Below, one piece after another: positions 14,023 to 26,151 of a stretch of 64,000 bases of DNA (its first letter is position 1; every line of letters begins with the position of its first letter). The position numbers and the translations under genes were made by a program. Origin of the DNA: Mobula birostris (lineage: Eukaryota); the NCBI RefSeq assembly GCF_030028105.1, contig NC_092387.1, forward strand, positions 36,589,590-36,653,589. The letters run 5' to 3'. The notes beneath the pieces are model-generated. The model worked only from the letters and a program-made list of their open reading frames with translations. It did no database searches and was not told the origin of the DNA.

Positions 14023-15057
14023 CCACATTTACCCATAATTATCAGTATATGTGTGCTCTCTAACATGAAGATTAGAACTAAAGATTTGTTTCAAATAGTG
14101 CTACTACTAAATTAATGGACTTGTAATCCGGAGAACTATATGAACAACCAAAAGACTGATGTCAAAATCCACGGCAAGTTGTGGAATCTGAATTCAAGTA
14201 ATTAAACAAACTGCTCAGTGCTGGTGACCACAAAAGTTTACTGGATTGGTTTAAAAATGACTCATCTGGTAATGACATTCATAGGAAAAAACACAAAGTC
14301 CTTACTCTTCCACCACACAAGTGACTCTAGATAACGGCGATGGAGATAATTGTCAAATGCCATCCATGATAAAAAAAAGGACTTAAATTTTACAGAAATT
14401 CTTTGTTAAAATGGGGCCAGATAAAACCAGTCATAGCACTGGGCACTGAATTTGGAAATGCAAAGTTGTCCCCAGCCAGTCATGTTGCAAAGTCCTCCTC
14501 AGAAACCTCTGTGGGAGTACTGAATTCTGAAAGTTGTCCTGAAATGAGCCAAACCCTAAACAATGTGACTAAGTTGTGCTCACACAGTCTTGCAGACAAG
14601 GTGACAGATTTCTCAACCACAATTACTGGATATGTTTTGTCCCATCAGCAGTAAAGACCTAGCAGAGTTGGTGGTATGCAAACAAGAGGAAACAGAACAG
14701 TGTTCCCAACATTAACATCAGACTACATGAAGTCCCATAATGCCAAGTTAATTATGGGCATAGAAATTTCCTCCTGATGTCACTCAGCATCTTTCAGCGA
14801 CAAAGCATTACTCCTTTGCATTGAGTACCTGGACACAGCTCAGCACGTCATAGGAACCAGCCTCCCCTGTATGGACTCTGCCTGCTTCAGTAAAGCAGCC
14901 AGGATAATCAAAGATTACACCACCTCACACCCCACAAGACATTCTTTTTTCTGCTCTCCAATTGAGCAGAAGATATAAAAGCCTGAAAGCATGTACCACC
15001 AGGTTCAAGGGCAGCTGCTGTCCTCCTGTTATTAGACGATTGAATGGAACTTTGAAA

Positions 15058-15960
15058 CAGAATCAGGTTTATTATCACTGACATAGGTCATGAAATTTGC
15101 ATGAAATACATAAAAATTACTATAAAAATATGTATATCTAAATAGTGCAGAAAAAGAGAAAAGTAGACAGGTAGTGTTCATTGGTTCATGGACTATTCAG
15201 AAATCTGATGGCGGAGGGAAAGAAGCTGTTCCTAAAATGTTAAGTGCATATCTTCAGGCTTCCGTACTTTCACCTTGATGGTAGTAATGAGAAGAGGATA
15301 TGTCCTGGATGGTGAGGGTCCCTCAGGATGGATCTTGAGGAATCACCATTTGATGACATCATTGACAGTAGGGAGACTAGTGCCCATGGTGGAGCTGGCT
15401 GAGTTTACAACCCTCCACGGTATTTCCTGATCCTGTGTAACTGGCACATCCAGTGATGCAACCAATTAGAATACTTTCCACGGTACATCAGTACAAAATT
15501 GCCAGAGTCTTTGGTGGCATTCAAATCTCCTCAAACTCCTAATGAAACATAGCCACTAGCATGCCTTCTTCATAATTGCATCGATATATTAGGCCCAAGA
15601 TATCTCTTCAAAAATGTTGACACCGATTAACTTGAAAGTACTGACTCTTTCTACTGCTGATCCCTCGATGAGAATTGTTGTGTGATCTTCAAATTTCCCC
15701 TTCCTGAAGTCCACAATAAATTCCCTGGTTGTTGTACCGACACCACTCAACCAGCTGAACTATCTCACTCCCATACACCTCCTTGTCAACTTCTGATATT
15801 CTGCCAACATAGCTGTGTCATAGATAAATTTATAGATAGCATTTGAGCTGTACTTATCCACACAGTCAAAAGTGTAGAGAGAGTAGAGCAGTGGGCCAAG
15901 TATGAATCCCTGAGGAGCACCTGTGTTGACTGTCAGCAAGGAGATGTTATTTCAGATCTG
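15058..15960 (-). mobile_element. Rex1/Babar-like LINE RT and 3' end
   Basis: Reverse complement has TGAPQG..LGPLLYSLYT and ends in AATAAACCTGATTCTG-like tail; related pieces at about 5500-6170, 38060-38610 and 43450-44030. Confidence 0.7.
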
Positions 15961-16804
15961 CAAAATCCCATCTCTTATCAAGAGTCCATCTTTTCTTACC
16001 TCATAATCTATCGTATGTTCTTGCACTTTCATTTATCTGCACTACACTTTTTCAGCAGCTTTCACATTTCATTCTGCATTGTTATTGCTTTGCTTTGTTA
16101 CCTCAATGAACTGTAATTATTTGTGTGTATGAACAGATTGCAAGACTAGTTTTTCATTGTATTTCAGTATATATGACAATGATATACCAATACCACTCAG
16201 AAGAAGCACTTCAACTACTAAGGCCACAGAAGGTACTTTATGTGGGAGAACTTCAATGACATCAACAAGGATGGTTCAAAAGTACCACCACTATTCGAAC
16301 TGGCCTTGAAAGATGTAACATCGAAGTTGGATCTGCAGCAGGAAGCGAGCAAAAGGTAAATGTAACAAACCTTGCCCAATCCAACCATTGCAGGAGCATC
16401 TGTCCAAATTAACATTGGTAAGTTTGACCACCACACAGCCCTTGTTGATCCAGAAAGCGCATTTTCACAACAAGGATACCGCTCATTATATTTTGAGATA
16501 GGTTTCGAATAAATCTTGCAGCTCATTTCTGAAGCTGAGGCATTGAGGGACCATAAGCAGCAAAAGAAATGTCTTCCACCATAATCTGTAGCTTCATGGC
16601 TAGGTATATCCCTCTCTCCACCACTATCGTTAAGCCTGGTTCACTGAGGAATGTGGAAGGGTATGCTGGGAACAATGTGAGGCATAACCTTAAAATCTGG
16701 TACTAATTTGGCAAAGTTGTGCCATTAAACAGAGTAAATAACAAAATTGCCAAGTGATCCCACAGTCAACTGATCACATCAAACTTCTGCCACATCTAGT
16801 CACA

Positions 16805-16967
16805 AGCACAAGAGATTCTGCAGATACTGGAATTATTGAGTAACACACACAAAACACTGGATAAACTCCACAAGTCAGCAGTACCTATGGAGGGGAATAG
16901 ACAAACAACACTTTGGGCCAAGATCCTTCATGAGTCCTTATTTTATCCCCCTCCATAGGTACTGCTG
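16805..16967 (-). mobile_element. PLE terminal repeat with short inverted segment and 13-bp TSD
   Basis: TSD ACATCTAGTCACA at 16792-16804 and 16968-16980; CCCCTCCATAGGTACTGCTGAC is the reverse complement of GTCAGCAGTACCTATGGAGGGG inside the element. Confidence 0.75.
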
Positions 16968-17150
16968 ACATCTAGTCACACACTGTGGTAAACAGTTAAT
17001 CAGTTAATGGAAGGAGATCAAGAAATCCACATCACTAAGTATCGAAGATAGCTGAAATGTTTGGAGTAAACATCAGCCAGAAGTGCAGAGACAATGATCC
17101 ATTTCAGTTCTTTTTGAGGTCTCCATCTTTACAGAAGCTATTCTTTAGCC

Positions 17151-18351
17151 CAGGGGTCCCCAACCTTTTTTGCACCACAGACCGGTTTAATATTGACAAT
17201 ATTCTTGCGGACCGGCTGACCGGGGGAGTGAGGGCGGTGGGTAGGGTTGCCAACGAACAAGAGTAGCAGTCAAATACGTTGTTTACCCAGAAGACTACAA
17301 TGACCATGAAGCCTTGTGCGGGCACCAATACGCATGCGCGTCGTGACCTGCTGATTCCACCCCCCCCCCCCAAAACAAATCCTTTTTGGCGATTCTGTTC
17401 GTGGGGGTGGGTGTTAATCACTACCGGAATGTAGGTGATAAGTTGGTAATACACTCAATTTTGTTTCTAAAAGGGTTTATCTAACGAATTTAATATTAAA
17501 CATACAGCGCATATTTTCCTCGCATGGATATAACGATAAGTCAATTATCAGGGGAGCTTGAAGTGTTGAACGAACTTCCAGTAGAGGTGGCAGAAGCAGG
17601 TTCGATATGATCATTTAAAGAAAAATTGGATAGGTATATGGACAGGAAAGGAATGGAGGGTTATGGGCTGAGTGCAGGTCAGCAGGACTAGGTGATAGTA
17701 CCGTTCAGCACGGACTAGAAGGGCCGAGATGGCCTGTTTCCGTGCTGTAATTGTTATATGGTTATATAGGTCACTTATAAGTCAATAGCATCATAACATT
17801 TTAAGTAATATTTGGATATTAAACGCACAGCACATATTTTCCCCATATGAATATATAAAATCATTGCAACACACCAATATCACTGAATCAGTGGGAGCCC
17901 TGGGCTTGTTTCCCTGCAACGAGACGGTCCCATTGAGGGGTGATGGGAGACAGCGATACTCGAAGGGGGTTCCTTATGTCCAGTCTATTCCGCAATTTAG
18001 TTATCGTTGAATTCATTGTAGAAAACTCCACTTCGCAAAAAAATGTTGGAAATGAAAGCAACGTTTTCAGTGCTTTCGTGGCTATCTCAGGATATTTAGC
18101 CTTGACTTTGATCCAAAATGCTGACAGAGATGTATGTCAAACATACTTTTCAGCCCGTCGTCATTTGCAAGCTCGAGGAGTTGATCGCCTTCCCGCCCTG
18201 ACACGGATGATGCGCGGGTCATGACCTCGCATGCGTAATGGCTGATCAGTGGCCGTGACAGGGAATGAGGACAGGTGCAGCTGACCAAATCATATCGCTT
18301 CCTCGTGGCCTGGTAGCGCATGCTCTGCGGCCCGGTGGTTGGGGACCGCTG
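17151..18351 (-). mobile_element. Non-autonomous hAT (Charlie/Buster-type) DNA transposon with 8-bp TSD
   Basis: TIRs CAGGGGTCCCCAACC and GGTTGGGGACCGCTG; TSD CTTTAGCC (17143-17150, 18352-18359) with central TA. Minus strand about 18200-17888 encodes a transposase C-terminus FWIKVKAKYPEIATKALKTLLSFPTFFCEVEFS...KLRNRLD...AQGSH*. Confidence 0.93.
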
Positions 18352-19709
18352 CTTTAGCCAATTTGACTTACTCCATGTAATAGTAAGGAAATGCTTACAG
18401 CACTGGTTGCTGCAAAAAGGTTATGAGCCTAGACAACATTCTGGCTTCCAATCGAGAACTGGTAGTGTTTCAAGCTAAGTTATTTGAGTACAGTTACATA
18501 TTAGTATGAACTTGACTGTGTAGAAAGTTCCATATTTATTTCCCATTCACAGGTGGTAGGATAAGTCAAATCCAGCCCACACCCTAATCATTCTACACTT
18601 AATGATTGTGCTATTAGGCAGCATTCACTGATAACTTATATACTGATGCCCAGTTTGGGTTTCCCCAGGTCCAGTCAGCACAAGATCTCATTAAATCTTT
18701 GTTCCAAGCAAGAGTGAAGAGCTGAATTCCAGAGCTGAGGACATTGAGACTGACATAACATGAAAGAAGCATTTGATTTAGTATGGCATCAGGGTGCTTT
18801 CGTATAACTGAAGTTCATGAGCAAAGGGAAAACACTTTAATGGTTGGAGGACTATCCCACGCGGTGGTGGTTGTTGGAGGTCAATCATCCCAGCCCTAGG
18901 ATATCAATGGGGGCATTGTTCAGAACAGTGTCCTCGGCCCAAATACCATCAGCTACATCATCAATGCTTTAAAGCAAGGTAGGAATTCTTGCTAACAACT
19001 GTCTAACATTCAATTCTACCTGCAAGTCACTAGAAGATGAAGCAGTTCATGCTTCCATGCCACAAGAATTACACAATATTCAAGTATGTACTTACAAGTG
19101 GCAAGTAATATTTCTGCAGGAAAAGTACCAGACAATAGCCAGCTTCTCCTGGGCACAGTCCATCTACCCTGCACGTTCAGTGGCATTTCCACTGCCAAGT
19201 CTCAGACCATCAACTGTCTTGAGATTATCTTTGATGGTATTCTATCATCACTGCTATGGCTAAATCCTGCAACTTGCTCCCTAACAGCATCGTAGAAATA
19301 CCTTCAAAAGCACTGCCCAAATTCAAGAAACCATTTCAAAAATAATTTTAAAAAATAAGTAAACAAACATCCTTTCTTGGCTTCTGAGACTTCTGCGTTT
19401 TTTTCCTTACACATTTTTGTAGAATGCCTCATTTTATATTTTGTGCTGGTTAGCTTGCATATTCTATTGTGTTTGTGATTTCTCTCTTCAGAGATTCTGC
19501 ACAACTATTCATTTGCACGTAGTGTTACCAAAGCACCTCATGCAGCCAGTAGCAAATCTCAGGGATAAAAGACTTAGTTTTACAGTGCATTGTTCCAACA
19601 GTTTATGCAAACTTCAGTTAGCCTCCTAAACGCATTATTATAACCTTTAAAATTTTAAGAGTCCACTGTTAAGAATCAAATTTCAGAGTACATACTTGAA
19701 AGTATATGA

Positions 19710-20375
19710 CAACATAGGAAGTCAACACAGCTTCATTAAGAGGAGACTTTGCCTGAGAAATGTTGATAAAATTGAGCAGGTAACAAGCAAATTAGACAAA
19801 GCAGAGTTGGTGGATGTAATTTACTTGAACTTTCAGAAGGCCTTTGAAAAGATGCCATACACAAGGATGCTAAAAAAGAACCCATATTGTTCGAGGCATG
19901 GTACTAGCAATGGATTGAAGATTGACTGACTGGCAGAAGTCAAAACGGGGAGATAAGTGGGGCTTTTCCTGGATAGCTGTTCAGTGACTACTGGAATTCC
20001 ACATGTCCCATGAATGGGAAAAAAATTCAGAAATCGGCCGTGAAAAGAGACTTGGAGTGCTAATTCAGGATTCAGTAAAAGTTAGTTTGCAGGTTGAGTA
20101 GCTAATAATGAAAAAAAATGCAATATTAGCACTCATTTAAAAGGACATACCTATTAAACTGAAGTGAGGAGAAATTTCTACAGCTAGAGGTGGTGAATCT
20201 GTGGAATTCTTTGCTGTAGAGTACTGTGGAGGCCAAGTCATTGGGTATATTTAGGGCAGAGACTGATAGGCTCTTGATTGGTAAGCGGGTTTAGGGGAGA
20301 AGGAAGGAGAGTGAAGTACATGGTTCAACAATAGGTTGAATTCCCTATTTTTGCTCCTACACATTATGGTCTTAT
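19710..20375 (+). mobile_element. CR1-type LINE RT and 3'-end fragments
   Basis: ORF 19696-19929 contains VTSKLDKAELVDVIYLNFQKAFEKMP; CR1 3' motif GAGGTGGTGAATCTGTGGAATTC. Confidence 0.8.
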
Positions 20376-21559
20376 ATAGCGTGTGCAGCTTTATTTTTTT
20401 CTATCTTTGTTTTCACTTTGGCTTTCAGCGAGTATCATTGAAATAAAAATACCTGCAACTAATCAATCCAATTTTCAAAACTGTTCTTATTCATACCAAA
20501 GAACAGCATTTCGATTAAAGTATGTCTTAGGATGCTAAGTTTTATAAAGGCAAAAATTGGTTTAGTATGCACTTTGTTTTAAATATCATTGTCGAGATGC
20601 TCTCTTTTCTATCATTTTATGCTACATCTTTTATGTTGCTTGTATGGTGAACAAAATACGTTCTTGTCCAAGTTTACTTTGACTTTCATTGTCGGGACTG
20701 GAAATTACTTCCAGTTCTGCCCTGCTTTCCCACCATTGGTTATCCGTATGCCCGTCATTGTGACGTACCATCTATCTACACCTATCACAAAGTGAACACA
20801 TAATTGAACATTCAACCCGCCAATCCCTAACGTCCGAGTAAGCGTTCGAAGATCTTGTTATTAAAAACATGTTTTTCCCCTTTTTGTAGACTGCTACGAT
20901 TTGTGTCATGTTGTTTGGATAAGTTTCATAGACTCCTCAGCAGTATTGGTCGCACGGTGTTCGTTGGGAACATCCCTTTAGGGGCTAAATTCATACTGGA
21001 TTGCTTTTAGTCATATCTGTATATAGTTTTTTTAAAAAAAATACACTAAAATTATGAACTGATTCCAGTTGAATGCTGAAGAAATGCAATTCTGAAGCAA
21101 AAACAATTTATATTTCACTTCAACAATTTCGTTCAGAGAATTTGAAAGCAAACCAATTAAACACAACTGATCAGTGTTCGGAGTCGAGATTAAATCGCAA
21201 AAACACAACCGTTATAAGAATTCCTGTTTTCCGAAACCCCAATTTGTTTTAATTGTAGTTAAAACACAGAAGTATCATAATATAGTCGCAAGTATCAAAT
21301 GTACACCACACTTCACACGTTTAGAAGAACCCAGCAGGTCAAGCAGCATCTCCATGGAGAGGAATAAACGTCGACTCTATTCCCTTCCGTGGATGCTGCC
21401 TAACATGCTGAGTTCCTCCAGCATCTTGTGCGTGTTACAGCATCTAGATTTTCGGTCTTTGCGGACTAACGTACACATCAGATTTAATTCCCAATCCATT
21501 GGAAATTGAATGTCATTCGTTGACTCCGATTACGAAATACTGGTTAGCCATTGAGATTA

Positions 21560-21760
21560 CAGAAAGTATTAAATTGCGTGCCCGCGCTTCCGCACCGTGT
21601 TGTCACTCGCTGTCACTGAGAATCGCGGGTTGGGGGCTCCTACAGCCGCGAGATGGCGCACGGTCCGTTCTGCATCGAGACCAGGCTACGTGACTGGGGT
21701 AGCGTACACAGGGACACGGGGGAGGAGGCTAAAAAAAACACTGCGACCAGGAGGGGGAAG
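21560..21760. promoter_or_regulatory. Orphan CpG-rich island in HIF1AN intron 1
   Basis: 17 CpGs counted in 21541-21720 against a CpG-depleted background; CpG stays elevated across about 20740-22400. Confidence 0.55.
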
Positions 21761-22559
21761 GGAGAAGAGAAAGTGAAAGGCAGTTAGTGCAGTATCGCTT
21801 CAACATTATTCCTGATCGAAAAAGCACAGCCTCAAAATATCCTCGGTTCAGAGCCATCCCCTTTGCAGCAGCGCGGTCAAAGAATCACGAGGCGTCTGCG
21901 CTACTCGCATTGCAGCAAACTGGTTTCATTTTTTTTCCACCGATAATATAATTATACCGCAAGTGTATCCTAAATCTCTATCTACGGTGGACTGAAGGTC
22001 CCCGACGTTTATTCCCATCTTCCCCAAGGTCAGAGTTTTAAATCTGTGAAATACGCAGGTCAGCATCAGTAACACTCCCAACTCAGTGACAGCTCCTGAA
22101 GGAAGAATGGCAAGCACGTGCACTTAATTCAATTCATTGTTACAACTCGCAGCTACTACAGTAACAGGAACATCGCAGTTTCGCTGCGGCAAGAGAGCGA
22201 ACAAACTAACCGAATTAGGCTGGTTTAAATCGCCTACAAACTCCAATACCCTCCACACATTCCCTTGCTTCATTATTGTTGAACCTACAACAGTCTGAGT
22301 TTCATGTTTTCCGTAAAATCCTTAGAAACCTGCCTCTTCAAACCAATATTCCCTACACAGTCCGATCTCTCACCCCTCATCGTTTTGTACATATAGACAA
22401 GTACATTTGTTGTCCACCTTATGGTCCTCAATGCACTTCTCCTATTCTGGTCACTTGACCATCCATAAATTGCGTTGTGTCAGCATTGTGAGCTTACTTT
22501 CAGCTCCCAATACACCAAAATTCCAAAACAAAACCTCCTTCAAGGAACTCTCTAAACTA

Positions 22560-22880
22560 TAAACACGAGAAAGTCTGCAGATGCTGGAAATCCAAATGAA
22601 CACACACAAAATGCTGGAGGAACTGGGCAGGTCAAGCAGCATCAATCAAAAAGTGTAAACAGTCAACATTTTGGATTTAGGCCCTTCTTCAGGACTGAGA
22701 AAGATGCCTGAATAAAAAGGTGAGGGGAAAGAGGCTAGCTGGTAGGCGTTAGACAAAGCCAGGTGTGCGGGAAAGGTAAAAGGCAGGAAAAGCAATCTAA
22801 TAGGAGGGAGGACCATAGGAGAAAGGGAAGAAGGGGGCAAGGGGAAGTGATAGGTAGGCGAGAACAGGTAAAAGGCTAGA
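22560..22880 (-). mobile_element. PLE 3' end / terminal repeat with degenerate hammerhead
   Basis: Family tail plus CAGTC-CTGAAGA...AAAATGTT-GACTG on the minus strand and a purine-rich 3' UTR on the plus strand. Confidence 0.7.
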
Positions 22881-24532
22881 GTAAATAGTTGCTTTTGGTC
22901 ACCTTCCTTATCAGTATAACTTCAACCTTGTAAAATGACATGGAGGTGGTGTGGGGGGAGGGTGCACACTGGAGTCCATGTGATTGGGGGCTGGCCTCTC
23001 CTGTTGGTACTGCCCTCCAGTGCTCACATGCTGGAAGGCAAGCTAGATTGCATTTATCTGTGTCTGTGGACTTGCCAACAACATCCCAGGCAGCATCAAT
23101 CTACAGCACATGGACTTGGCTATATTATATATTTTTTGCACGACTGTATAGTTACTGCTATCTTACAAGTGCTATATGTGTCGTGCTGTGTATAACTGTG
23201 TTTTGTACCTTGGCCCCAGAGGAATGCTATATTTGGCTGTATTCATCGGTATTTATATATAGTTCAACGATAATTAAACTTGAACTTGAATGTTTTGCTA
23301 TGATAACGGTTCAATAAGAGTTGTTCTTTAGTTTTGAGTTCCTTTACAAACAAAAGAAAAAGTCAACAGCACCAACCCCTCCCAAAGATATCTTAAGATA
23401 TTTAAAACTGTTAAAACTATTTAACAGTTAAAGATATTTAAAACTGTCAAAGCTGTTAGCCAGGCTAGGCCACACCCCAAAGACAGAGGAAGGCCTGGAA
23501 TATCTCAAAAACAGAAGAGATGCAATTGCAAAAAGGCGATGCATTTTCAAAATCACTCAAATAAAACAGGAAATACTGAAAATACTTAGCATCTTATGAA
23601 AGGGCACTGTCCTGTTAATTGTTACTCTCTTCAATGATATCTGAATTTGCTGAGGGTTCCCAGTATTGTTTTTAATTTGAGCAACATTTTGCTTTTGAAT
23701 AAAACGAAAAACCTCTTACCTTTACTTTTCCCCCCCTGTACTCGCATATGCATCATTTAAAGGATTCTCATCTCTGTATTACAACATAGGTACTAGTAAG
23801 AGATGGAAGCACTCTCAAGTGATCTGGTTATTATAAAAATCTATGAATCAACATCACAAAAGACACACTTGTTGGGGCAATTTTGATGTCGAGGCTTTCC
23901 GCATTACAAATGCAACTAAACATCAAATCATCAACTTAGCTATAAGGTGCTCGGTGCACCTTGAGGTACTGCCTCCCCCAACTTCCCCACTGCCAAATAA
24001 ATATAATCAAACGGTTATGGTTTATTTTGTTTGGACTTTAATGTGCATGCAGCATGATAAAAGGAAAAAGGAAACTGAAACTACAATCATGAAACATACT
24101 GTATGTATATAGCCACTCTATTAAAACTGTGCCATTTCCACTTTGTTCTCAACCGAACAGTTACCAGGAAAAGATCAAACTCTAAACAAGCTGCACCCAT
24201 GTTAATAATTCACAGATCTCTGGCACAAACTATACTTCTTAGGCTTATTATACTTCTCAGGATTGTGGATGACTTGTACCCACACCAGTTCTGCACGGTC
24301 TGAGCAACAAACCCACGAGTCTGTAGAGGCCAAAGTGGGACCTGCACACAGCTAGACTTAACCGAGATGGTGAGTGGGTAAAGTGGGAAGTGCTGCTCTC
24401 CTTCCACCATTTTCACTGGGCGTCTTAAGTTCTCCCAAAGATACTTGAGTTCTTATCATCCCAAACGTTCCTCTACTTTGTCTGGCCATGGGTATTCAGA
24501 CAGTTAGCCTTGCCAGAGAAAAATGAATGAAC

Positions 24533-24557
24533 GAATAAATAAATAAATAAATAAATA
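24533..24557 (+). repeat. (AAAT)n microsatellite
   Basis: GAATAAATAAATAAATAAATAAATA. Confidence 0.8.
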
Positions 24558-25874
24558 TTGCCCAATAAACAGTAGAATAGTTTTGGGTATGAGAAGATAA
24601 AGTAACTCACTACAACGCATCCAGCCTCCTGACCTGCTCCTCAGTATTTATAACAACATATCCAGATGAATTTCTAATCAATGTGACCCACAGTAGTGAG
24701 CAATTTGGCAAAAATAATGTTGTTGAACAGCAATGGTTAGATTCTCTCATGTTGGAGATAGTCGCTGCCTGACACTTTCCAGGTGTAAAGGTCACTTGCT
24801 ACATCAGTCTATATAACCTGAATCAGTGTAGATAATCTGAATGTTACATAGGTTTTGAACCATGAAGGCACTTACAGTTTCAATAGTTGAGTAGATGCGA
24901 ATGGAATTGAATATTGTGCAATTATCAGCATGCATCCACACCTTTGGCCATACAATAGATCATTGATGAAGCAGCTGAAGAAGCCTGTGCCTCCTCCACC
25001 GATGGGTAACCAATCTTGATTTGTGCAAGGAAATTCCCAGCTCTTGTTGCCCACTGAATTCCATTTTACTCAGTCCCCTTAATTCCACTTTTGGTCACAT
25101 GCTGTCTCCCTGTCAAAAACAACTATTTTCAGTTTATCACTGGACCAGGCCCTTTGGACCACAACAACTGTATTGACCATAATTCATCATCCTCGACCTC
25201 GAGGGATAGCCACGACGATTGACCATGATGCCAAATAAAACCAGTCCTATTTACTAGCATATGATAAATACCGCTCCATTCTCTTCAGGTTCCTGTGTCT
25301 GTCTAATGCCTCAAACACTACTATCTTGTCTGCTTCCTCCACCAATCCTACAAATGAATTCCAGGCACCTAACTGATCTCTGTAAAAAGAAAACTTGACC
25401 CTGCACATCTCCCTTAAATGAGGTTAGAGATTATTAAATGTGGATGATAAAATGTATGACTGGGAAAGAGTGAGGGCAAAATGTATGAGTACTGTACCAG
25501 AGAAAAAGTAATCTATTTAGGTTGTCAACAGAGAAAGGGGCAGGCAAATTTTCAGAACCTGTTTAACTTTCTAATGAAGAGGATACAAGGTCATTCTCTC
25601 AGTTCAGAGTTGAGAGATGCTGGGATTCCAACTTCTTGGTTAAATCCATGATAGAGAGTTTGGAAATCATGGATGTAAATGTGATGAGGACTGAAGATGA
25701 TAGGTTTGGTCTTCATAATGTTCAACGGAACAAATAAGTGGCTCCTATAAACTGTACTACACCAATGCCAATGTCTCTGCTGTCCATGCATCCCATGATT
25801 AAAAACAAGAAGCACTTTTGATGATTTTGAGCAACTCCGTGGGTTCTGATAATAAAGCTTAAATAAGGGCACCA

Positions 25875-26151
25875 CATGTTGGCGTGTGGCCAAGTGGTTA
25901 AGGCGTCGGTCTAGTGATCTGAAGGGCGCTAGTTCGAGCCTCAGCTGTACTTAACCACACATTGGTCTGTGACGACACCGGTGCCAAGGCGTATTGGCCC
26001 TAGTGCCCTTCCCTTGGACAACATCGGTAGCATGGAGAGGAGAGACTTGCAGCATGGGTAACTGCTGGTCTTCCATACAACCTCGCCCAGGCCTGCGCCC
26101 TGGAAACCTTCCAAGGTGCAAATCCATGGTCTCACGAGACTAACAGATGCC
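25875..26151 (+). mobile_element. tRNA-derived SINE
   Basis: A box TGGCCAAGTGG, B-box-like AGTTCGAGCC; imperfect flanking repeat TAAA(T/G)AAG(G/A)GCACCA at 25860-25874 and 26152-26166. Confidence 0.75.

Noticed and set aside
25878-25950. tRNA-like sequence (also at about 55880-55950 and 6040-6100)
   Set aside because: A/B boxes run into SINE bodies, two of them with flanking direct repeats, and there is no complete cloverleaf; these are SINE heads, not tRNA genes.
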